This document shows positions 38,913 to 45,409 of a stretch of DNA of 48,280 nt, piece after piece (the stretch's first letter is position 1; every line of letters begins with the position of its first letter). The notes below the pieces were generated by a model. The model worked only from the letters and a program-made list of their open reading frames with translations, searched no databases and was not told the origin of the DNA. The stretch comes from a virus (Duplodnaviria; Caudoviricetes): the IMG/VR virus record IMGVR_UViG_3300030376_006356, positions 1 to 48,280 of that record; one strand, 5' to 3'. A program made the translations under genes and the position numbers.

Positions 38913-39039
38913 ATTAATGATTAAGTTATTGGTTAAATGGGAATATTGGAAATTCTATGTGAGGAATCCAATGAAGTGGTGGGTTATGTATAGGATTAAA
39001 TATTTTAATTGGTTAAATAGGAGTAATGATAATGGATAA
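38902..39039 (+). CDS. Small Trp-rich protein
   Basis: MLDKLMIKLLVKWEYWKF...; overlaps neighbours. Confidence 0.4.
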   Translation: MLDKLMIKLLVKWEYWKFYVRNPMKWWVMYRIKYFNWLNRSNDNG

Positions 39040-39190
39040 TATGTTGTTAGGAGTGTTAACATTAATAGGTGGATTGTTCGGTATGATGCTTTCATTTTAT
39101 ATCGCTCTCTGCTTTATTCAATGGGTTTCAGAGGTAATTGATGAGAAGCGTTGGTATGTATGGAAGGAGTGGTTTACATATGATAATTAA
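39032..39190 (+). CDS. Small membrane protein
   Basis: AGGAG RBS; MLLGVLTLIGGLFGMMLSFYIALCFI. Confidence 0.5.
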   Translation: MDNMLLGVLTLIGGLFGMMLSFYIALCFIQWVSEVIDEKRWYVWKEWFTYDN

Positions 39191-39281
39191 TATATTGGTA
39201 GGAATTATGTTATGTAGTTTAATGGCTGGTGTTATTTATGCATTGTATATGGCCATATGGGGGGTGTATGAAGAGAATTAA
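39180..39281 (+). CDS. Small membrane protein (33 aa)
   Basis: AAGGAG upstream; MIINILVGIMLCSLMAGVIYALYMAIWGV. Confidence 0.45.
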   Translation: MIINILVGIMLCSLMAGVIYALYMAIWGVYEEN

Positions 39282-39429
39282 TTGGGCATGGATAGTGATA
39301 ATATTAGGAACAATTGGTGTATGGTATAGTGTGTTTCAAAATGGTTTCTTTACCACTGTAATAGGATTAATAATAGGTAGTTCAATAGCTGGAATAATAA
39401 TTAAATTAAGAGAGGATACAAGAGTATGA
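39268..39429 (+). CDS. Small two-helix membrane protein
   Basis: WAWIVIILGTIGVW and FFTTVIGLIIGSSIAGIII. Confidence 0.55.
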   Translation: MKRINWAWIVIILGTIGVWYSVFQNGFFTTVIGLIIGSSIAGIIIKLREDTRV

Positions 39430-39632
39430 CAATACAAGATATAATGAATCAAATCAAAGCAATAAAAGGTGACTTCGTGAATGGGCTTTTAACCTCTGAA
39501 GAGATGATAGAACATTTAGAGGATTTAATCCACGATACGGAAGGTAATGACGCTTATCAAGGGTTTGGGACTACGATGGAGGACGATGGGTTTTACGACA
39601 CGCCTGACTTCACTCAATTGGTAATCGACTAA
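39426..39632 (+). CDS. Acidic hypothetical protein
   Basis: GAGG RBS; ATGA overlap. Confidence 0.55.
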   Translation: MTIQDIMNQIKAIKGDFVNGLLTSEEMIEHLEDLIHDTEGNDAYQGFGTTMEDDGFYDTPDFTQLVID

Positions 39633-39775
39633 TGGATTATCAAGGGAAAACTAAGGAACAAGTAGAGTTCAGCGAGATGATGGTTGGACTCTCAATACTT
39701 GGATTTCTCTTACTAATCATCGGATGTTCTACTTACTACATAATAAGTTCACTACTACATTATATAATGGTGTAG
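39632..39775 (+). CDS. Small membrane protein (47 aa)
   Basis: MDYQGKTKEQVEFSEMMVGLSILGFLLLIIG...; TAATG coupling. Confidence 0.5.
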   Translation: MDYQGKTKEQVEFSEMMVGLSILGFLLLIIGCSTYYIISSLLHYIMV

Positions 39776-39802
39776 AGTGGTGTGTGGTGGGGAGAAATGG
39801 TG
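39767..39802 (+). promoter_or_regulatory. Four RTGGKG boxes at 10-bp period (MraZ-operator-like)
   Basis: ATGGTG-taga-GTGGTG-tgtg-GTGGGG-agaa-ATGGTG. Confidence 0.55.
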
Positions 39803-39918
39803 TAAACACCATAATATCTGGTAGTTTTTTGATATAAATCTTTATATACTACATACGAAAATATATAGTAGCCATACATATCAAGCTTTTATTTTTTTCG
39901 TGGGAAAAAGACACTAAT

Positions 39919-39973
39919 TGTTACATATTGTTACATAATTACCCTTGTATATTAGCGCTTTTATTCGTAAATT
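39919..39973 (+). promoter_or_regulatory. Class A promoter cassette 4
   Basis: TGTTACA-tat-TGTTACA, N9, TTGTAT, N17, TAAATT. Confidence 0.8.
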
Positions 39974-40029
39974 GTAGTATGATTGGGGGATATGAACCCA
40001 AAGTTTTTTAAAATAAATGAAAAAAAAGC

Positions 40030-40059
40030 TTGACTTATATGGCATTTTATTCGTATATT
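40030..40059 (+). promoter_or_regulatory. Class B promoter upstream of tRNA-Gly
   Basis: TTGACT-N18-TATATT, with an A-tract upstream. Confidence 0.75.
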
Positions 40060-40089
40060 GTAGTATAAGATTTTTGAAATAAAGGTTTT

Positions 40090-40161
40090 GCGGAGTAAGA
40101 ATCAAGAGAGATTCGCTGGATTTCCAATTCAGAGGGTTAGGGGCAGTTCCTAAACTCCGCT
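40090..40161 (+). tRNA. Non-canonical tRNA-Gly(UCC)
   Basis: GCGGAGT/ACTCCGC acceptor stem with U73; GAAT/ATTC D-stem; CTGGA-TTTCCAA-TTCAG anticodon arm; TTAGG-GGCAGTT-CCTAA T-arm; no CCA. Confidence 0.85.
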
Positions 40162-40165
40162 CTAA

Positions 40166-40360
40166 GAGAAGAACGCTCATACTTGGGATGTAGTAATACA
40201 ACCTCAGTCCCTCAGCGTTCTCTCCTCACAATTATGTTCTTTAGTCATTACAGCACATTACTAAAATAATGATAACAAAATAAATCAAAACAATCGACTA
40301 CCGCAAGGCTGAACATATAAATGGTTATATACAAGGTGGTCCTTATAGGAGAATCCTTGT
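40166..40360 (+). ncRNA. Candidate structured non-coding RNA co-transcribed with tRNA-Gly
   Basis: Stems AGAACGCT/AGCGTTCT, TGTA-GTAA-TACA, TATGTTC/GAACATA, TAGTC/GACTA, CC-GCAA-GG and ACAAGG/CCTTGT; no plus-strand ORF in the track. Confidence 0.5.
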
Positions 40361-40362
40361 CT

Positions 40363-40403
40363 GGGCTCATCGTTTAACTCCTTTCCGATGGGCCCTTTTT
40401 TTT
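40363..40403 (+). terminator. Intrinsic terminator with anti-SD loop
   Basis: GGGCTCATCG-TTTAACTCCTTTC-CGATGGGCCC followed by T8. Confidence 0.85.
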
Positions 40404-40457
40404 GTTACAAACTGTTACAATTAAAAACTTGATTATTAGCCATATATGTTGTAATTT
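40403..40457 (+). promoter_or_regulatory. Class A promoter cassette 5
   Basis: TGTTACA-aac-TGTTACA, N9, TTGATT, N17, TAATTT. Confidence 0.8.
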
Positions 40458-40492
40458 ATAGTATAATGAAAAGGAAACAAAAAGGAGATTTT

Positions 40493-41668
40493 ATGAGTAA
40501 AACAATTCAAACGCCCGACGCTGTTGTTCGATGTGAATGGTCTGGTAATAGGGCAAATGCGTGGGATACAGACGGTAATAAGAGAACCTCTGAGATAACA
40601 GTCGGCGCTAGACAAAAAGCGGCTGATGGTAATTATCTATTAGGTAGGTTCACTAATAAGGCCGGTAAAACTTATTGGAAAAGATGGGATGGTGAAATAT
40701 CGTCTCCTGTCCACGATACCCCTTCAGTTGATGTTCCTACTGACCACGCTGAAGTTCTTAATTTTATACACACTTCTTACTCTTTAAAACCACGAAATCT
40801 AATGATGTCAGAACTTAAATGGAAGTATCTGGTTAGAAGTGGTGTCAGAGGTAAGAATATTATGATGACAGGCCCTGCTGGTTGTGGTAAGACTATGGCA
40901 GCAAAATCGTTGGTTAATTCTTTAGATAGGCCTGATTACTACTTTAACTTAGGTGCGACACAAGATCCTCGTTCTACTCTAATAGGTAATACTCACTTCG
41001 ATTCTAAGAAGGGAACTTACTTCGCTGAGTCACACTTCGTTAAAGCTATTCAAACACCAAATGCGGTTATATTATTAGATGAGTTATCAAGGGCTCACCC
41101 TGATGCTTGGAACATCTTAATGACTGTATTGGATTATGGACAAAGATATTTAAGGTTGGATGAATCGACTGGTTCAGACACTATTAAGGTTGCAGAGGGT
41201 GTTACCTTCGTAGCGACTGCAAACATCGGTAATGAGTATACTTCTACTCGTGTAATGGACAAGGCATTGATGGATAGGTTCACTATCGTTGAAATGGATG
41301 TCCTTACAGAGGAAGATGAGGCTACTCTATTGAACTATATGTTCCCTTCGGTGGATTCAGTATTATTAGGTAATGTGGCTAAGATAGCTACTCTAACCAG
41401 AACAGAGTCTAATAGTGAGACAGCGAGAATAACAAGTGGTATTTCTACAAGAACCACGGTTGAGTTGTGTGGGTTGTTATTCGATGGGTTCTCATTAGAA
41501 GAGAGTGCTGAAGTAAGTATCTACCCTCAGTATGACAACACAGGCGGTGTTGATAGTGAGAGAACCTTCGTGAAACAGATTGTTCAGAAGTTCTGTGACG
41601 ATGGCTCTTCAGATGACTTGTTCAATGAGGAAGAGATGGCTGAGGCTACTGAGGACACAAATTCATAG
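40493..41668 (+). CDS. MoxR/CbbQ/CobS-type AAA+ ATPase
   Basis: GPAGCGKT, LLDELSRA, VATANIG, DKALMDRF and ISTR motifs; AAAGGAG RBS. Confidence 0.9.
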   Translation: MSKTIQTPDAVVRCEWSGNRANAWDTDGNKRTSEITVGARQKAADGNYLLGRFTNKAGKTYWKRWDGEISSPVHDTPSVDVPTDHAEVLNFIHTSYSLKPRNLMMSELKWKYLVRSGVRGKNIMMTGPAGCGKTMAAKSLVNSLDRPDYYFNLGATQDPRSTLIGNTHFDSKKGTYFAESHFVKAIQTPNAVILLDELSRAHPDAWNILMTVLDYGQRYLRLDESTGSDTIKVAEGVTFVATANIGNEYTSTRVMDKALMDRFTIVEMDVLTEEDEATLLNYMFPSVDSVLLGNVAKIATLTRTESNSETARITSGISTRTTVELCGLLFDGFSLEESAEVSIYPQYDNTGGVDSERTFVKQIVQKFCDDGSSDDLFNEEEMAEATEDTNS

Positions 41669-41680
41669 GTAGGTAGTGTA

Positions 41681-41720
41681 GGGTGGCTCGTTTACTCCTT
41701 TTCTCGGGCCACCCCTTTTT
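41681..41720 (+). terminator. Intrinsic terminator with anti-SD loop
   Basis: GGGTGGCTCG-TTTACTCCTTTTCT-CGGGCCACCC followed by CTTTTT. Confidence 0.85.
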
Positions 41721-41864
41721 GACAACTTGAAAAGGTTTTTCGGAAAAAGGCTTTTATGTTAAATCGTCGCCTTATCGATAAGCATCTCGAACCTGGTTTT
41801 TTCAATACCAGATTAATAATACACTTCGTGTATCTACTGACTACACTTAGTATAAAGAAAAGGC

Positions 41865-41894
41865 TTGACTTATATGCATATTATGTATTATATT
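41865..41894 (+). promoter_or_regulatory. Class B promoter
   Basis: TTGACT-N18-TATATT, then AGGAG RBS. Confidence 0.75.
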
Positions 41895-41913
41895 ACAATA
41901 GGAGAATTTAAAT

Positions 41914-42432
41914 ATGATTAATGGAATTAAACCTAAAACATTACAATGTTCAAGATGTAGTGATGAGATGCCTTCTCAAAGATTAGATATGGGATACACT
42001 ATATGTATTAAGTGTTCTACTGAAGAGAAAGTTAGTTGTCATACCATATACCCACATAAGACAGGTGGTTATATTCAAGTTGTATCTAAAGAACAAAGTC
42101 AAAGATTAAATAGATTGGATAGAAGAGGTAGTTCTCAAAAGACAGCTAAGAACTATAAACCCTTTACCATTCAACCTACTGATGAACCTAAACAATATAA
42201 CCATCGTAAGTGCACTAAGACTTATACCACTTATGAAACTGCTTTACAAATGGTTAATCAATATTATGATGAATGGGGTTATAAACCTACATTGAAATAT
42301 TTAAGAAAACTAAACAGCTCAGGTGATATACCTTTAATGACACGAGTTAAGATTCAAGACATTATTACTGATAGGTATTTAGAACCTTCACCAAGAGCAT
42401 TAACACGACACTTTAACAATAGGAGAAAATAA
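41914..42432 (+). CDS. Protein with DksA/TraR-like C4 zinc finger
   Basis: CSRCSDEMPSQRLDMGYTICIKC fits CxxC.e.ip..RL......CxxC. Confidence 0.6.
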   Translation: MINGIKPKTLQCSRCSDEMPSQRLDMGYTICIKCSTEEKVSCHTIYPHKTGGYIQVVSKEQSQRLNRLDRRGSSQKTAKNYKPFTIQPTDEPKQYNHRKCTKTYTTYETALQMVNQYYDEWGYKPTLKYLRKLNSSGDIPLMTRVKIQDIITDRYLEPSPRALTRHFNNRRK

Positions 42433-42433
42433 T

Positions 42434-42664
42434 ATGATGGGTGCAAATTACGGAAGACGAAAAGAAGATACTAATGGAATATCTATGTTACCACAATGGA
42501 TGGATAAATTTATGAATGTATGTAAATACTTTCTATACATCGTTCCATTCTTATGTTGTAGTATAGCTATGTTATTAGAAGGAACATTAACAAGTCATAG
42601 TTATGTATTAACAGCAGTATGGTGTTTATCATTACTAAAATTAATTGACTTAGTAGAAAAATAA
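42434..42664 (+). CDS. Small membrane protein
   Basis: AGGAG RBS; two hydrophobic segments. Confidence 0.55.
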   Translation: MMGANYGRRKEDTNGISMLPQWMDKFMNVCKYFLYIVPFLCCSIAMLLEGTLTSHSYVLTAVWCLSLLKLIDLVEK

Positions 42665-42667
42665 TGC

Positions 42668-42697
42668 TTGACTTTAATATAAATTTATTCTTATATT
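42668..42697 (+). promoter_or_regulatory. Class B promoter heading the UvsE-Mom operon
   Basis: TTGACT-N18-TATATT. Confidence 0.65.
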
Positions 42698-42799
42698 ATG
42701 TTATCGAAACGATTTTTAATTAGACAAAAACAATGTTGTGGAAGGGGATGCTTAATGTGTCCCTATTCACCTAAACACACAGAAGGGAGTTATAAGGTT

Positions 42800-43717
42800 A
42801 TGAATAGAATGGGATACGCTTGTATCAATATGCAACTATCTTCACAAAAACCGAAGATATATACTGGTAGAAGTATGATTAAAAGAACCTTTAAAGATAA
42901 AGGTATTAAGTATGCATCTGAACTTGGTTTACAAAACACCAAAGATTTATTTGAGATTATCAAATGGAATAAAGAGAATGGATTTGATTTCTTTCGTATC
43001 ACATCTAATTTATTCCCGTGGAGTTCAGAATACAAATTAGAAGATATGCCCGACCATTGGGAGATTGCTGGTATATTGGGTGAGATTGGTAAATATGTAG
43101 ATGAACATAAAATGAGACTTACATCACATCCAGGCCCTTTCAATGTATTGACATCACCACACGAACATGTGGTTGAAAATTGTATCAAGGACTTATCCAT
43201 ACACGGAGAGGTATTTGATATGATGGGATTATCAAGAACACCATACAACAAAATCAATATACATATTGGTGGTGCTTATGGTGATAAGGTTTCAGCTATG
43301 GAAAGATTCTGTGAGAACTTCCATCGATTACCTAATAGTGTTAAATCAAGATTGACTGTTGAGAATGATGACAAGGCTACAATGTATTCAGTTAAGGATT
43401 TATATGAAGGTGTGTATTGTAAGATAGGGATTCCTATCGTATTTGATTACCACCATCATAGATTCTGCACAGGTGGATTATCAGAAGAAGACGCATTAGA
43501 GGTTGCTGTATCTACTTGGGGTGATGTTGTGCCTGTTGTTCATTATTCAGAATCAAGAAACATCGAACAAGAAGATGATAAGATTCGTCCACAGGCTCAT
43601 TCAGATTATGTGTATGATTACATTGATACCTATGGTAATGAGGTTGACATTATGGTGGAGGCTAAAGCTAAAGAACTCGCAGTATTGAAATACAAAGAAA
43701 TACACGAGGTAGTTTAA
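42800..43717 (+). CDS. uvsE: UV damage endonuclease (in-frame upstream extension from 42698)
   Basis: GYACIN, FFRITSNLFP, HPGPF, IHIGG, VENDD, FDYHHH, VHYSE, AHSDY and EAKAKE motifs. Confidence 0.93.
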   Translation: MNRMGYACINMQLSSQKPKIYTGRSMIKRTFKDKGIKYASELGLQNTKDLFEIIKWNKENGFDFFRITSNLFPWSSEYKLEDMPDHWEIAGILGEIGKYVDEHKMRLTSHPGPFNVLTSPHEHVVENCIKDLSIHGEVFDMMGLSRTPYNKINIHIGGAYGDKVSAMERFCENFHRLPNSVKSRLTVENDDKATMYSVKDLYEGVYCKIGIPIVFDYHHHRFCTGGLSEEDALEVAVSTWGDVVPVVHYSESRNIEQEDDKIRPQAHSDYVYDYIDTYGNEVDIMVEAKAKELAVLKYKEIHEVV

Positions 43718-44226
43718 TGCCGTTATCAAGATGGAGTAGAAGACACAAACGAACCTTTGGTAAAAAGAAACAAGATGAGTCAAAGGTATTTTTAGAAGAA
43801 CATAGAATACCACCTAAACCTACAGCTTATTATACTGAAGATAAAGGTAAGTGTAGATATTGTGGACATTGGATTTATACTGAACGAGGTGAATTGAATA
43901 CAAGAAAGTCTTGGCACTCACGATGTGCTGATGAGTATATGTTTATCTATCATTCAGGTGAAACACGAAAGTATATTTGGAAAAGAGATAATGGTGAATG
44001 TGCTCATTGTCACGAATTGTTTCCTTGGCGTTCTCGTAGAAATTCAGAGAAGTGGGATGTCGACCACATCAGGCCATTATGGGAACAAAAGGGTAAAACC
44101 TTTGATGAGATTGATTTAACATATTGGGAAGAAGAGAATTTACAAACCTTATGTTATAGTTGTCATAAGAAGAAGTCAGCAGATGAAGCTGCTCGTAGAG
44201 CTAAATTAAATAAGGAGAAAAAGTAA
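43717..44226 (+). CDS. HNH endonuclease
   Basis: RDNGECAHC, VDHIRPL and NLQTLCYSCHKKK; additional N-terminal CRYC finger. Confidence 0.9.
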   Translation: MPLSRWSRRHKRTFGKKKQDESKVFLEEHRIPPKPTAYYTEDKGKCRYCGHWIYTERGELNTRKSWHSRCADEYMFIYHSGETRKYIWKRDNGECAHCHELFPWRSRRNSEKWDVDHIRPLWEQKGKTFDEIDLTYWEEENLQTLCYSCHKKKSADEAARRAKLNKEKK

Positions 44227-44696
44227 TGAAACAAATATTGAAACATAAAATAAACTACAAGCAAGTATCTAAAGGATTAGGTATATCAGAAGACTTAGTA
44301 GTTAAGTTTTTTAATGATGGTCGTATAATAGGTAGACTTGGTGAGTTTATATTAGAAGATAAAGATGTAGGTAAGAGAAGTGATAATGAAGGAACATCTT
44401 ATGACAATGTAACTGATGATAATAAACATTTAGAAGTTAGGTCTATAACTAATAGATTATCTTTTGCACCATCAAAAGAAACTGGTTATGGTAGAACAGT
44501 AACAGAAGAGGGTTTTAATGAAAAGTTAAATGCTGTAGATTCATTTGTAGCTATTGACTTTAAAGATAATCCAAGTCAATTAGATTTCTACAAAATACAA
44601 TCAGAGGATGTTAAACGCTGGTGTGATGAGGGGTTTATTGGTAAAGGTAAAGCAGTATCAAGAAATAAAATATTGTCTAAAATTGAAAGTAACTAA
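44226..44696 (+). CDS. Hypothetical protein, PD-(D/E)XK restriction-endonuclease-like
   Basis: GRLGE...SYD.......LEVRS spacing matches motifs I-III, with Arg in place of Lys. Confidence 0.45.
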   Translation: MKQILKHKINYKQVSKGLGISEDLVVKFFNDGRIIGRLGEFILEDKDVGKRSDNEGTSYDNVTDDNKHLEVRSITNRLSFAPSKETGYGRTVTEEGFNEKLNAVDSFVAIDFKDNPSQLDFYKIQSEDVKRWCDEGFIGKGKAVSRNKILSKIESN

Positions 44697-45409
44697 TGAG
44701 TTTTTTTGATTATAGTAATCAATATGATTATCCTATATTTTTTGAGGAATGTAAAGTTCCTCAACAAACAAAGATATTCAGAGAGTTAATTAATAAGTAT
44801 CATTCTTATGTCAAGTATTCGGATGTTCCTCAACGAAGAATAAACTATCTTATATACAGAACATCAGATAGTAAAGTTATAGGAGCTATTGGTATATCAT
44901 CTTGTGTTCTTGCTATATCAGTTAGAGATAACTATATAGGATGGGATAAGGAAACAAGATTAAAGAACTCTAATATGGTTGCTAATAATTATAGGTTTTG
45001 TTTAGCGCCCGACAATGGTATAAAGAATGTGGGAACTATGGCTCTTAAACTACTTCGTGTAGAAGGTGGTAAGAGATGGAAAGAAAAGTATGGTGATGAT
45101 TTGGTTATGTTAGAAACATTTGTCCAACCACTTATAAAGGGTAGTGATAATAAAAGAAATGGTGCTGTGTATTTAGCAGACAATTGGAGTATGGTTGGTA
45201 AGACAAAGGGAACATCAATCAAGAAAGCACCTGTATCATTGTGGCAAAGAGAAGATAGCACAAGAGGTGAACTATCAAGAAGAGACCCAGCTGCAGCTAT
45301 TAAGAAGTATGCTGTGGGTAGAGAACATTATGTGATAACCGAATCACCTATTAAAAAAGTTTTTATCAAACCACTTAATAAGAAATGGAAGAAGATGTTG
45401 AATGGATAA
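44696..45409 (+). CDS. DUF4338 (DruA-like) / Mom-superfamily GNAT protein
   Basis: INKYHSY, IGAIG, NNYRFCL, LETFV and GAVYLADNW..VGKTKG motifs. Confidence 0.75.
   Translation: MSFFDYSNQYDYPIFFEECKVPQQTKIFRELINKYHSYVKYSDVPQRRINYLIYRTSDSKVIGAIGISSCVLAISVRDNYIGWDKETRLKNSNMVANNYRFCLAPDNGIKNVGTMALKLLRVEGGKRWKEKYGDDLVMLETFVQPLIKGSDNKRNGAVYLADNWSMVGKTKGTSIKKAPVSLWQREDSTRGELSRRDPAAAIKKYAVGREHYVITESPIKKVFIKPLNKKWKKMLNG

Noticed and set aside
39845-39892. Minus-strand promoter beginning AAAAGCTTGATA
   Set aside because: No acceptable -10 hexamer at 17-18 nt spacing.
39914-40201. 95-aa minus-strand ORF from the track
   Set aside because: It is antisense to two promoters and tRNA-Gly and has no motif.
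40233-40317. Hammerhead ribozyme or Y RNA
   Set aside because: The junction has CUGAACA rather than CUGANGA and no GAAA core; the bulged-C stem alone is too little for a Y RNA and no Ro60 gene is in the window.
40248-40370. Minus-strand 40-aa ORF (MSPDKDSPIRTT...) with a GAAAGGAG RBS, as a type I toxin
   Set aside because: The RBS is simply the complement of the terminator loop, the second hairpin has the same loop with no ATG, and no minus-strand promoter is evident. Kept only as a weak alternative.
35297-40419. TGTTACA repeats as a CRISPR array or iterons
   Set aside because: Copies are 17 bp, hundreds to thousands of bases apart, and each is fixed upstream of a promoter; there is no repeat-spacer array.
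44696-45409. Druantia defence system
   Set aside because: Only a short DUF4338-like gene is present; no large DruE helicase or other dru genes in the window.
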